The notes beneath the pieces were generated by a model that worked only from the letters and a program-made list of their open reading frames with translations, did not search any database and was not told where the DNA came from. DNA of 64,000 nucleotides from positions 372,001-436,000 of the forward strand of contig NIVC01000142.1 in NCBI GenBank assembly GCA_002269645.1. Direction: 5' to 3'. Source of the stretch: Macrostomum lignano. Lineage: Eukaryota. Position numbers and translations under genes: made by a program. Shown piece after piece: positions 21,148 to 38,511 of this stretch (position 1 is the stretch's first letter; each line of letters begins with the position of its first letter).

Positions 21148-21420
21148 GTCATTATACTTTATTTTTTGTGTGTTATAAATAAGAATAAATATTTCACTAT
21201 TTATTAGTCGCTATACTAATAATAACTACCTTTTATTTTATACAAAATGCTTTGCCTTTATCTATGATAATATTATATAATACTAGTACTCATTATAATT
21301 TACTTTTTGTGTGTTATAAATAAGAATAAATATTTCACTATTTATTAGTAACTATAATAATAATAACTACCTTTTATTTTATACAAAATGCTGTGCCTTT
21401 ATTGATGATAATATTATAAT
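21148..21420. repeat. AT-rich direct duplication of about 140 bp
   Basis: TTTTTGTGTGTTATAAATAAGAATAAATATTTCACTATT..ATACAAAATGC occurs twice in tandem. Confidence 0.8.
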
Positions 21421-24400
21421 CCTAATATATTAAATCTTATTATACTAATAATTATAATATTTTAATAGTTAATTATTCAAAAGTCTAGCCTAGGTCGAGG
21501 ACATTTAGGAACTTTGAAATTAAGTCATAGGCTAAGATTTCTTTACTTATCATTGATTCCTTTTGTTGTACTAGGCCTATATCTTTTGTAGTTAAATTAT
21601 ATATAAGTATATAACAATTTAAACTTGAATTTATAGTTTTTTATAAGGTCATGACTTTTGAGTCATGACTATAGTTATTAGTAATCAGTACATGCTTGGG
21701 CGCAACCTAGGGATTTACCTGGCCAATTCTATTGGCAACACATATATATGTAAGTTGCTATTAGATGGAATAATAGTTATGTGACTACTCTTAGCCAATA
21801 GCAACTCACATGTGTGTGTGTTGCCAATAGAAACAGCCAAGTGATTCCTAAGGTTTATAATCAAAGCTTTGCAGTTGAAATAAATAAGTTTAGTTGAGCA
21901 AGATAATGAGAATAGGCTAGCAAAGTAAACAAAATGAAACACAAAATGTAAACAATTGAGGGAGAAGAGATGAGGCTTTTTGTGAACATGCAAAAGTAGG
22001 AGACTAAATAATAAGTAGCCAGCAATCCAATAGGTAGGGGTGGATACTGGATATAGTAGTGGGCACAAATGAACATAATGTAGGCAAAAGGGCAAAATTC
22101 CAAGAAAACAACAAAAATTAACAAAAGATCCATAGAGTGAGGGGACATTAGTGGGTTAGAACATGGAAAACAGAGAAAATTGCACTTGGACAGGCAAAGA
22201 TGGGCCACGCTAAAGATAAACTGACATTAGGCAGTCAGAGCACAACACTAGGACTTATCATGCAAAAATTAATTCAGCTAAAATTAATTAGGCTAAGTCA
22301 CAAATTTCAAGTGGCAACCCACCTGCCACAATACCCTAATTCTAATACTTTATTCTCTTATTGGATTGGAATAAATGTTAAAAACCCATAGATGTGGATA
22401 TTAGAATTTAGAATAGAGTCAAATTATTTTACTACACTTTAGCATTATTATGAGATGTTCCAAAATAGCATTTTCTGTCAAAATTGAAATTTGCTAACTT
22501 TCCTAAATCAAAATTGACATTTTCCAAAATCAAAATTCAGAAAAAACAAAGTTTAGTTAGTATGACCAACATTCACTTTTTTACTTTTGATTTATTGCTT
22601 ATGCAAAACAAAATACTATGTAAATATAGTTAAAAATTAGTTTATTTTTAGCTACTTTTTTAGACACTTCCAAAGTTTTGATTTCCAAATTTTTTGAAAT
22701 TAAAATTTGCTTTTAAAAATTCCAAATTTTAGAAAATCAAATTTTAAATTTTAAAACATCTTTAAATATTATAAATGATGAGTGCATAGGCACCTTTCCA
22801 TGTATATATTTATTTGTTAGAGCAGCAGCCAGGAAAAGGTAACTTGCACCAAGCATTGCACTTTAGAAAAAATTTAAAAAATGTACTAGATGTAGCCTGT
22901 GTTTTTATAAATTTTTCTTATATGGCTTGATTCTAATACCTGTTTTTTGCAAACTGCAATGTTTTACAATATAAATGTATAATTTCAGCTTTTCAAGACT
23001 TTTTCCTAGATTTTCAAGGCAAAAACATGCTTGGCATTGTTTTAAATAAGGAAGCCTTCAGTAAAACAAATAAAATAAAATTAGTGATTGAAAAATAATT
23101 AGTAACCATTGTAGTAAGTCTTTTTATATCTATTAGTACTATTATCTTTTTTTAGTATAGTGTAGTAGCCTTTTGATTTCTGATTGCTATATCTGCACAA
23201 TTAACTCCTTAGTTCTTTGTTGGATATTGGGTGTATTTAGTTAGCCAGATAGATTGACTACCAAAAGCAGAGAGACTTTAACCCCAACCTTTCATTGGGA
23301 AATACCTTGCCCTGCCACTCTATTTTGTATATATGTTTTGAGTTTCTATTCAAAAGATATATATATATAAACCTTAGTAAATTGTGTCACTTATTTTCCC
23401 TCTATTTAACTTGGTCTCGCCAAGTGTATATATCCAAATAGTTGGATTTATTTATTTATTGTAGACTATTTACACATTGTTCACTGAATTATTTTTATTA
23501 CTAGTATAATACTAGTTTATATATTTACTATTATAGAAATTGTAAAATCAATTGGCAATCAGTGACTAATAGCTAAAGTATTTTATGCTTATAGAATTTG
23601 GAGTATAATAATTGATATATAAATAATATAATCGTAATGATAATAACTAATTATTAACTAATTATAAAGTATATATGGCTTAGGCTATTTTGGCATAGGC
23701 CCCAATGCCTAGAGTATACTTGCTTGGCAATTAGATACTCACAGGACTACCAAGGATATCTACCTGATGTTTGAAGCATATATATGACTCTAAATTTACT
23801 ATCTACATACTTTTATATACTTAAAAGCAATAGAATAAGTAGAATAATAATACTAATTATGGGGCAATGCCCTTAAAGGCATTTAAAACAATTTATCATC
23901 TTTCAGTCCAATTTCCAGATAATTTAAATAGTTGATCTAAAATAGGATAGGATTTAGTCATTTAGTAAAGAAGCTATATATAGTATATTGGGACTTGTGT
24001 CAGAGGCTTAGAGCAGTGTGGAAGATAGGTTAAAGATAAAAGATTTTTTATTTCCAATGTTTATTGGTGGCACATAGCATCCTGTTTTTCATTTCGGCAT
24101 TAGAGTTTTGGACCTAGGATGCCAAATGGCACTGCAGTTCTGATGAAAAACTAGAGTTCCACTATAGCTATGGATATAGCTATGGGAAGTTTTAAATATA
24201 GTGGTTTTTAGACAAAGCATATGGATATAGTTATACTTGTAGCTACAAGAATACATTTCCCATATCTAGTTTCTATTCAAATGTTTTAGAATAATGTGTT
24301 GTGGGGGTGTGCCCCTCTCTTTGACAATGACTGCAGTCGTCAATGTTTCTATTAAATTAAATAAGTTGGAGGTTTGAATTGTTTCTCTCGATCTCCAACC

Positions 24401-25269
24401 TTCAACAAGATGTTTATTACTAATTAATGTTAGTAGCAATTCCTAATAGGATATTGATCATGCAATTATGCAAATTTGTTAAGCAATTCAGTGAAAATGG
24501 AGCCACAGGCTACTTATCAATATTGTTGCACAAATTGACATTTGTCCAGATTTATCTCTGTTAGATTGGGATATTAGAGTTCAAGCCCGATTGTTGGGAC
24601 AAGCTAGTGGAGCAGTTGAGGAGGCAAAGAGGTGGAGAGCCGAGTGCGGCGAGAGGGCAAGACGCGAGGTGCAAAGGGGACGAGGTCAGACAAGAGGACC
24701 AGAAGACAAGGGGATGAGAGCAGACAAAGGCAGACAAGGCAGAGACTGGCTTCATTCTCACTAAATGCTAGTATATATATGATTTCTATAACACATTTCA
24801 TTGGTGTTCACTTCACGCAATAGGATCTTTACTGCCGCACAAGCATGTGCTGTACTTTCCTGATAGAAAAACCTTCTGAAGTTTGCATTAGACTAAAAAA
24901 TAACATTAAGCATAACATACTTAAATTAAGACCACTTCACTATATCTAGTAATACCACTTAACTGAGACTTTGAAAGAGCATTAGAACTATTGATTTAAT
25001 AATCTGCCTTAATATCTTTTCTATCAATCTGGCCCATGTGATTTATCACTAATGATAAATTAATTGATAAGTACTTATCAGGTTGCCTACCCATGAAATA
25101 AATAGCAAACCAATGGTGTATTAATAAAAGGCATCAATGATGGTAACAGCAGATCTGTCAACAGCTTTCTTCTGAAGTCCTGATAGAACTTCAACAACCT
25201 CCAGGAATGGTAACATTCTGGCAACAATAAGTAAAGTCCTTTCTTTACTTAACTGCTGGCAACAATGGC

Positions 25270-26503
25270 TATCAGTGGGTCATAGTTAAAGCATTATCAA
25301 CAGAGACTTCAACAGCATTCAAACCAGCAGTTCTGGTTGTACTCATCACTTGCCTGTAGCATTCGAATGTAGCATTGGCCACTGGAAATATTGCGATAAG
25401 ATCTTTGTACCTGCTTACCAATGACTTCACATCATGAAGCAAAGCAATGTCAAAGCAACAGTGCCGTCTTCTATTGGTCCATGTACCTCGGCCGTTTAAG
25501 TATTTGATTCGCTTTGCAACGTATATTTCGTCAGTGATCAGCAGAGTTGTTTTTAAAATGCATTCAGCTTCGATGCACGAAGACTTAGATAGGCAGTGTT
25601 GTCAAGCCCAGTTTCTTATTGGACCCGCCGTGTGACCTTTTGCAGGGTTTTAACCGACGGCAAACAGAGAACATTCTTTGCCAACAACACTCTGTAGGCT
25701 GCAGAGCTGGACGCGTGAATCAAGAAAGAGAAAACAGTTAATTCTGGTGAATAAATTCGACTAGGCTTTCCCGTTCCTGCGAGACTAATTTGCTCAAGCA
25801 GAAAGCTAAACCTTCTGTGTTTTTCGCTAGTATCAGAAAGCGTGCTGATGTAGTCTTTCAGGTGTTCCTGAGCAGCATATTGACTGATGACAGTTCAGGG
25901 GACTGATTAGTATCACTGTCGCACCAAGATTTCAACCGACCCATTGCGTTCAAAAGCTGTGACAGCGTTAAAAGTCTGCTTCCTGAAGGTACAATGTCTG
26001 CGAGATTTTTCGCGGCAACAGCTGAATTGTGAAATCTGCACTTGTATTTATTGTATTTAGGCAGATACAGTCACTCCCTGGAAAGCCGCCCTTTCAATTC
26101 CTCCAGCGTCAATGTGTTAAAGGAGTCCTCAGTTTCAAAAGCTTCACACAGCCATCAATCGTTCTTCCTTCTTAAGTCGAGCAGAAGCAGATGGCCGTTC
26201 GGTCGCTAGATTTTTAGACAAGTAGTACGGCTCATTGAGAAATATGCTGGACACAGCACCATTTTCCAGATACCTGCAGTTCAGCGGTAAGAGTTTGTTG
26301 CGTCGTCGTGGGTTCGACTCGTGGCGCTCCTTGACGAAGTTTTGCGTGCTCGGAACAAACTCTTTTCTTGAGTTTGCTCTTATCCACCTGGCTTTCAAAG
26401 CTTCATCACGAGAGAACGAGTGCAGAGTCACTCCCAAAAGAAGAGGCTTGCTTTTACGAGTATTGCCGCTCTTACAGGCAAATGCGCAGCACTTGTTGAC
26501 CAT
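25270..26503 (-). pseudogene. Decayed THAP-domain P-element-family (THAP9-like) transposase
   Basis: 26144-26503 encodes a THAP-like N-terminus (MVNKCCAFAC..HSF..W..P..AVSSIF) lacking the CxxHF segment. About 25280-25710 gives SAAYRVL..LPSVKTL, DEIYVAKRI, TLLCFM, YKDLIAIFPV, VSVDNA, with stops and frameshifts. Confidence 0.75.
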
Positions 26504-27607
26504 TTCGGAGTTTTAGAAGAGAATTTTCTGAAATCTATCACATATACGGTCGTGGACAAAGCATTTTTAGTGTATATTATTTAGTATAGTGGATTTTTAT
26601 TTGCGTTAAAGAGCTATTCCAAGTGCTCTTTCAAGCTTTAAAATGTACTTGAAAAATTAGTTAGCCACCCACCAAGCGTTGAAGCAGACCTTGATGGGCG
26701 TACATTTCTGCTCTAAGGAAAAAGAATAAGAACGTTCTATTAACAAATGGACAAATGGGAGACTGTTCTTCCTCATCAAGCTTCTGCAAGTCCATTCCTC
26801 TGTTCCTTTATCAATGCAATGCCCAGTCTTACCTGGTCCAAAATCTCACAATGAACTACGCTAGTGTAGGCGGTTGAATCATTTGGGTACCAGTGTTCGA
26901 AGCTTATGGAATGATCGGGAACAGTCTCCACAGCAGAAATATTTTTATTAGTAGTAGTGGTGTTCGGGTTTCCATTTTTTCTGGTTTCGGGGAAACACTG
27001 ACCTCGAAACCCGGAACCCGACATGGACCCTGTTAGATTTCCAGAATTTACAAACAGGAGTTTCAAAGTTTTTCTGGGCCAGGCTTTGGCTTTGGTACAA
27101 CGATAGTTGGTCGGCGGCCTTGTGCCGAATCCCTTGTCGAGCTGTTTGCAGTTGCAGCAGATAATCCTGAAGTAGATCCGTTGGCCCCACTTTGGCACTC
27201 TCGCGGTGTTATTCCGATAGATCGGCAGAATTGCAGCAACTTGCTGCTGTCTCCTTTGTTTCGATTCTGACTCCTCGGCTGATTCAGATTCACCATCTTC
27301 GATGGGTGGAATCAGAAATGTCACGGGACAATGTGCTATTGCCATTGGCATCAGCAATTCATCTGTTTAATAAAAATGTATGTAATTATAAATAAAGGGA
27401 TTTTTAAATCCAAAAGCATAGCCTAGCGGCCAGCCAGAATCCATAGATTCATAGATTTCATCCGTAGAACCCTACATTTGTAATTGAAAACTAGAAAACT
27501 TTCACTTTTTCACTAGACAAGGTTAAACAAAAAGATTTCTTTAGCATTTTACCAGTCTGAAAATCTAGCAAGCAGTGCAGTCAGAATCCTGCCATGCTGC
27601 CTTCCAG

Positions 27608-27931
27608 ATGTTTCGCGCTCTCGCTAGCCTTGCCGCCAGTCGCGGCGCCACCACGCCGCTGGTGTCTCTAAGCCGGCCTCTGGCCGCCGCAGCCGCCGGC
27701 CCGTCTGACCCGATTCAGAAGCTTTTCCTTGACAAGCTTCGCGAATACACGAAGAAGCAGGCGGGCGCCAAGGACGGCCTGGTGGACGCCAGCCCGGAGT
27801 CGCAGCGGGAGTACACCGACATGCTCGAACGGGTTGAACGCCAATTCGAAGCCAAAGGCCAGGACATGTCGGCCTTTCCTAAATTCGAGTTCAAAGAGCC
27901 GACGCTGCAGAATCCAAGCGCTAATCGTTGA
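27608..27931 (+). CDS. ATP5PF: Mitochondrial ATP synthase coupling factor 6
   Basis: Ala/Ser/Arg-rich presequence followed by DPIQKLFLDKLREY..GLVDASPE..FPKFEFKEP. AATAAA at about 28023. Confidence 0.93.
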   Translation: MFRALASLAASRGATTPLVSLSRPLAAAAAGPSDPIQKLFLDKLREYTKKQAGAKDGLVDASPESQREYTDMLERVERQFEAKGQDMSAFPKFEFKEPTLQNPSANR

Positions 27932-28429
27932 TTTGATGAAGAACAGAATATGCTCTAATATGGAGTAGCCTACTATTAGTAATAACCTACTACTGACCAT
28001 TGGGAGAAATGCCTAGTAGTTAAATAAATAATTTAATTCATTCATATGAAAAGAACCGACGAGACTCTTGAACGCAAAATACCCAAGAAGAAATCGAATC
28101 CCAAGCACCCAGCATATATTAGCCATTATCTTATTCTATCCTTATCATCTTCTCTATAGACAAATATAGAACTTGTTTAGCTAGCCATATTTGCACTGAC
28201 TGCAGCAGTAGCAACAGTTCAATTTAAAAGTGGAAGGAAATTAGTTGAACCGTAATAATTATATAATTATAAATATAAGCTGGATTTTGTGCTGTCTGTC
28301 ACCTTTTCGGTGCGATTTCTTGCTCGCTAATTGCATTCGTGGCGTGTTCCCTGTTGATCTATTTAAATATTTTTACAATTCTTTCTTAGGGGTCATTAAT
28401 TCCTGGTCTTATACAGTCCGATTTTATCT

Positions 28430-28860
28430 CATCCATTCTATCTGACTCCCCTTATATCTCATCCTTCTGACTCTCACCCCTCACAATCACTCCCTATAGC
28501 TATCTCACCCATCTGACTCTCACCCCTCACAATCACTCCCTCTTAGCTATCTCATCCATCTGACTCCCCTTATATCTCATCCTTCTGACTCTCACCCCTC
28601 ACAATCACTCCCTATAGCTATCTCACCCATCTGACTCTCATCCCTCACAATCACTCCCTCTTAGCTATCTCAACCATCTGACTCTCACCCCTCACAATCA
28701 CTCCCTCTAGCTATCTCATCCATCTGACTCTCACCCCTCACAATCACTCCCTCTTAGCTATCTCACCCATCTGACTTCCCTTCTATCGCATCCTTCTGAC
28801 TCTCACCCCTCACAATCACTCACTCTTAGCTATCTCACCCATTTGACTTTCACCCCTCAC
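28430..28860. repeat. Pyrimidine-rich minisatellite between ATP5PF and EXOSC10
   Basis: CTGACTCTCACCCCTCACAATCACTCCCT units. Confidence 0.85.
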
Positions 28861-29013
28861 TATTTTTTTCTCACTCTTACGACTTTACGATCTACTCCCT
28901 CTATCTCACCCTTTGTCTCTGACAAAGAGACGAGATTTGACCTATAACAATAAAATCAGTCTATGATATTGAGGGCATCCTACAAGCCTGAATACAGGAA
29001 TGCTCAAACTTTC

Positions 29014-32847
<3,834 letters not shown>

Positions 32848-33328
32848 AAGCCCATTACTGCTGTTTCAATTTCTTGCTTTTAGAAGTACAAGCATTTACA
32901 GTTTAGTCTGTTGCCTTGGTAATGCATTATTTTTAATATAATAATAATAGGTAATGGCATAGCCAAGGCAGCCAAATCATCCATTTGAGCGACGGATTAA
33001 AAGTTAATAATAAGACTGTTTCAACAAGAAAATCTCTCAATGAGCAGTAAATGCCGCTTTTGGCTTTCGCTTTTTTTTTTATATTTTAGAGCAAACCTTT
33101 CATTGCATGGGAATAGATTAGCAATCCGTCCATCCATACGGTATTGCTAGAAATTCCTTATTGGCATATTCCTCGTGTTGATTAGTTTTATTTTGAAAAC
33201 GCAAAAATCCTTTATTTCTACTCGTCAGTAGTCAGATAAAGCAGTAACTTTTAACATATGCGTAATTTATTAAAAGGCTTTAATTAAATTATTCATTTGC
33301 TTTTCATGCCAAATTGCACGCCATTCCA

Positions 33329-35878
33329 ATGCTCGGCGGTACAGTGCCATTTGCTACGGTAGCAGCGGCTGCGTTAGTTTGCCTACTGACTGCCTTGTCT
33401 GTCAGGCCGGCTGGCGCCCTGACCTGCAGCGAATTAAATACTACGCATAAAGGGGTTCTGCAGCCACTTTTTGGACAATCGTGAGTGCTCAGCTTCCCTT
33501 ACCCAGCTTCAAGATCCCCATCAACCCGGTGATTCCTCAGCTTCAAGATCTTCATCAACCCTCCTTACTCACTACTCAGCTTCAAGATCCCCATCAACCC
33601 GGTGATTCCTCAGCTTCAAGATCTTCATCAACCCTCCTTACTCACTACTCAGCTTCAAGATCCCCATCAACCTGGCGATTCCTCAGCTTCAAGATCTCCA
33701 TCAACCTGGCGATTCCTCAGCTTCAAGATCCCCATCAACCTGGCGATTCCTCAGCTTCAAGATCTCCATCAACCCTCCTTACTCACTACTCAGCTTCAAG
33801 ATCCCCATCAACCTGGCGATTCCCGAGCTTCAAGATCCCCATCAACCTGGCGATTCCTCAGCTTCAAGATCCCCATCAACCTGGCGATTCCTCAGCTTCA
33901 AGATCTCCATCAACCCTCCTTACTCACTACTCAGCTTCAAGATCCCCATCAACCTGGCGATTCCTCAGCTTCAAGATCCCCATCAACCTGGCGATTCCTC
34001 AGCTTCAAGATCCTATCAACCTGGCGATTCCTCAGCTTCAAGATCCCCATCATCCTGGCGATTCCTCAGCTTCAAGATCCCCATCAATTCGGCGATTCCC
34101 CAGCTTCAAGATCCCCATCAATTCGGCGATTCCTCAGCTTCAAGATCCCCATCAATTCGGCGATTCCCCAGCTTCAAGATCCCCATCAATTCGGCGATTC
34201 CCCAGCTTCAAGATCCCCATCAACCTTACCGACTACTCAGCTTCAAGATCCCCATCAACCTGGCGATTCCTCAGCTTCAAGATCCCCATCAACCTGGCGA
34301 TTCCTCAGCTTCAAGATCCTATCAACCTGGCGATTCCTCAGCTTCAAGATCCCCATCATCCTGGCGATTCCTCAGCTTCAAGATCCCCATCAATTCGGCG
34401 ATTCCCCAGCTTCAAGATCCCCATCAATTCGGCGATTCCTCAGCTTCAAGATCCCCATCAATTCGGCGATTCCCCAGCTTCAAGATCCCCATCAATTCGG
34501 CGATTCCCCAGCTTCAAGATCCCCATCAACCTTACCGACTACTCAGCTTCAAGATCCCCATCAACCTGGCGATTCCCGAGCTTCAAGATCCCCATCAACC
34601 TGGCGATTCCTCAGCTTCAAGATCCCCATCAACCTGGCGATTCCTCAGCTTCAAGATCCCCATCAACCTGGCGATTCCTCAGCTTCAAGATCCCCATCAA
34701 TTCGGCGATTCCCCAGCTTCAAGATCCCCATCAATTCGGCGATTCCCCAGCTTCAAGATCCCCATCAACCTTACCGACTACTCAGCTTCAAGATCCCCAT
34801 CAACCTGGCGATTCCCCAGCTTCAAGATCCCCATCAACCTGGCGATTCCTCAGCTTCAAGATCCCCATCAACCTGGCGATTCCTCAGCTTCAAGATCCCC
34901 ATCAACCCGGCGATTCCTCAGCTTCAAGATCCCCATCAACCTGGCGATTCCTCAGCTTCAAGATCCCCATCAACCTTACCGACTCCTCAGCTTCAAGATC
35001 CCATCAACCTTACCGACTCCTCAGCTTCAAGATCCCCATCAACCCGGCGATTCCCCAGCTTCAAGATCCCCATCAACCCGGCGATTCCCCAGCTTCAAGA
35101 TCCTATCAACCTGGCGATTCCCCAGCTTCGAAATCTCCCCTTGGCCTCTTCCAGGTTCACCCTGACGCTCAGCCCCTCCAGCAACAAAATCATTGTTCGC
35201 ATCTGCGGCCCAGCCTCCGATTTTGAGCTGTTCGCCGACTCGGCCGCTCTGCTGGTTCCCAGCCACGGCAGCGGCGGCACCGTAGTGAAGCTGGGGCTGG
35301 TCAGCTCCGGTCAGATGTACCTAGGCACCGGCTGGATGCTACTGGTGTACACCGGCGGAGATCCGTACTCGGCGTCCGACAACAGCGGCAGCAATCCGCA
35401 GTGCAACGGCTCGCGCAGCGTCCGAATCGTGATGGAGTGCAATCCGGGTATCTACGCGCCCGAGCTGGACTTTGTTGGCGAGATTCGCAACGAGCCGAGC
35501 CAGTGTCACCACCTGTTCAGCATGCAGCACTACAGCCTGTGCGGCCTGATCCCGGACCCAGCCGCCGGCGGCAGCCTGGCTCCCCTGGCCGTCGTCATCG
35601 TAGCCATCCTAGCCGGCTTCATCGCCTACCTTGGCGTCGGCATGCTCATCCAGCGATTCTATTTTGGCAAACGCGGCGCCGCCCAGATACCGAATTACAC
35701 CGCCTGGCAACGGTTTGGCAACGCGGCCGCCAGCTGCTGCGATCTGGTCTGTCGCAGCGAGCCCAGGCCGCCCAGAGCTCGCTACGCCGACGCTGCCAGC
35801 GAGGACGGACAGCCGGGCGGCGTCACAACGCATCACCTGTACGCCGATCAAGATGACGATCACCTGCTGCCGGGTTGA
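33329..35878 (+). CDS. M6PR: Cation-dependent mannose-6-phosphate receptor homologue
   Basis: Exons 33329-33480 (signal peptide) and 35155-35878; about 291 aa. MRH domain (WMLLVYTGGDPY..C..R..ECNP..GEIR..C..LF..SLC), TM helix, and tail QIPNYTAW..CCDLVCRSEP..DDDHLLP (acidic dileucine). Confidence 0.85.
33505..35128. repeat. About 33-bp minisatellite filling the M6PR intron
   Basis: TCAGCTTCAAGATCCCCATCAACCTGGCGATTCC variants. Confidence 0.93.
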
Positions 35879-36139
35879 GCCTATTATTTTATTTATACTT
35901 TTGAAGGCCGTCGCGTCGCTTGTTTTGTTTGCTGTGTACCAAAGTAGCTAGCAATTGCTTCTGTTTGTTATTCTGAATTAACTTGCATTCCAAACATGCT
36001 TTAATAAGATTTATCTAATTAAACTAGCTAGCACAAGTTCTGATCTAAACTGTTTTGCTTGTTATAATGCGATTCTGAGATATTATGATATTGAAATTTG
36101 CGATTATATTCAAGATTTTACACTTATCAGTCTTGATAC

Positions 36140-37090
36140 TGAGTGGGTGACATCTTAATTCTGAAAGAGTGACATCCGACTCCTGTGAGTGACATCCAAC
36201 TCCTGAGAGTGACATCCCACTACAGAGAGCACACATCTAACTCCTGAAAGGGACATCCCAATCGTAAGAGTGACATTCAACTCCTGAGAGTGACATCCAA
36301 CTCCTGAGAGTGACATCCAACTCCTGAGAGTGACATCCAACTCCTGGGAGTGACATCCAACTCCTGAGAGTGACATCCCAATCGTGAGAGTGACATCCCA
36401 CTCCTGTGAGTGACAACTCACTCCTAAAACCAATCGTAAGAGCGACATTCAATTCCTGAGAGTGACATCCCACTCCTGAGAGTGACATCCCACTCCTGAG
36501 AGTGACATCCCACTCCTGAGAGTGACATCCAACTCCTGAGAGTGACATCCCACTCCTGAGAGTGACATCCAACTCCTGAGAGTGACATCCCACTCCTGAG
36601 AGTGACATCCCACTCCTGAGAGTGACATCCAACTCCTGAGAGTGACATCCCACTCCTGAGAGTGACATCCAACTCCTGAGAGTGACATCCCACTCCTGAG
36701 AGTGACATCCCACTTCTGAGAGTGACATCCCACTTCTGAGAGTGACATCCAACTCCTGAGAGTGACATCCAACTCCTGAGAGTGACATCCAACTCCTGAG
36801 AGTGACATCCCAATCGTGAGAGTGACATCCCACTCCTGTGAGTGACAACTCACTCCTAAAACCAATCGTAAGAGCGACATTCAATTCCTGAGAGTGACAT
36901 CCCACTCCTGAGAGTGACATCCCACTCCTGAGAGTGACATCCAACTCCTGAGAGTGACATCCCACTCCTGAGAGTGACATCCCACTCCTGAGAGTGACAT
37001 CCCACTCCTGAGAGTGACATCCCACTCCTGAGAGTGACATCCCACTCCTGAGAGTGACATCCAACTCCTGAGAGTGACATCCCACTTCTG
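36140..37090. repeat. 20-bp minisatellite with higher-order blocks
   Basis: GAGAGTGACATCCCACTCCT. Confidence 0.93.
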
Positions 37091-37634
37091 ATTGATTTGT
37101 GAGCGCATAAAAAGTCCTGTAAATGATGAGCTGTTTTAAAAAATCTTTTACAATAAGAATTTCATTTTATACAACATTAACAAAAAAACTGTATTATGCG
37201 GCGTCTCAGCGTGACCAAAGTCAAGAATTATAATTAAATTAATCGCTCTTTTGCTTCACTGTTTTTTATTCATTAGATCTTGATTTAGAAGAAAAGAAAT
37301 CAACTTTAGCAAGCAATTTTCTGCTCTGTCGCCTGTTTATTCCGGCTGACTAATTAAACTAGCTATGCATTGCTAATCTAAGCTATTCTCAATTTTGAGT
37401 TTAATCTCGTGACTGGACTGTTTATCTGAAGGCACTGAAGTACCCGCCTTCGCAATTCAAGTCTCTGTTTTTATCTTTCTTATGTAAACTAGTGAAATAC
37501 ACTGCAGATATAATGAATATTTCATACTCAGTTAAATCTATATTACTGAACTCTGAAATCTATTTACTGAATCGCTTGGCCTTGCAGTGTCCGTCATTTT
37601 GCTATCTCCTACTTTGTAAAGTCTGTCTATCAGT

Positions 37635-37908
37635 GCCTTCTGTACTGATTTCTATGGGCTGAAGTGCCTTCTGTACTGGTGTCTATGGGCTGAAGTGCCT
37701 TCTGTACTGATGTCTATGGGCTGAAGTGCCTTCTGTACTGATGTCTATGGGCTGAAGTGCCTTCTGTACTGATGTCTATGGGCTGAAGGTGTGTGCCTTC
37801 TGTACTGATGTCTATGGGCTGAAGGTGTGTGCCTTCTGTACTGATGTCTATGGGCTGAAGGTGTGTGCCTTCTGTACTGATGTCTATGGGCTGAAGTGCC
37901 TTCTGTAC
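37635..37908. repeat. 27/32-bp minisatellite
   Basis: GTGCCTTCTGTACTGATGTCTATGGGCTGAAG. Confidence 0.9.
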
Positions 37909-38511
37909 TTATGCTTACTAGCTAAAATAGATCGTATCCTAAAATGGCTTCACGTCGACGTAAAAGTACATGTATTACCCTTTAAATGAATAATTAGTAT
38001 GCTAAACTTTACTCGGCTGGCGAATATTAATTCAAATGAACATGTGTACTATTATTTGGCCTACATTTACCTGAAACTAGATAGATAGTGGGGGTTAAGC
38101 TGGCTGGGTTAGAGAACGAGTCTTTGCTGTACATATAGCTAGCTTGAATCGCAGACTAACTTGAATTGCAGACTATTATAAAGTTCGAAGGTGCTCATTG
38201 AGCAATCCTCATTGTCCCTGGTTTGGCCTTCACGTATCCTAAAGTGTAAGGTTAATCTTGTGTAAGGTATCCTAAAGTGTAAGGTCTCGAGGGGGGGTCC
38301 CAAATTAATTCATACTCAAATGCCATTGCTGAGTTAGCGAGCGCAATGGCTAAGGCTTTGATTGAAGCAAAAGTAGATAAAACTGACACAGTGAAGACTC
38401 ACCAAGACTGGGAACTAATTTTATGGCCCAAGTTTTTACAACCAGTTAAGAAATTTAAAGCCCCTGTGTGCGCACAGCTGGCCTCGCTGAATTCTCTTAT
38501 CTTCTAGGCCA

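Noticed and set aside
21715-22208. Hydrophobic minus-strand ORFs resembling membrane proteins
   Set aside because: Hydrophobicity follows from T-richness; two overlapping frames look equally plausible and no family motif is recognisable.
33481-35154. 758-aa and 581-aa ORFs; CRISPR-like regular ~33-bp repeats
   Set aside because: The array lies in the M6PR intron with clear GT/AG ends. Units abut without unique spacers and there are no cas genes.
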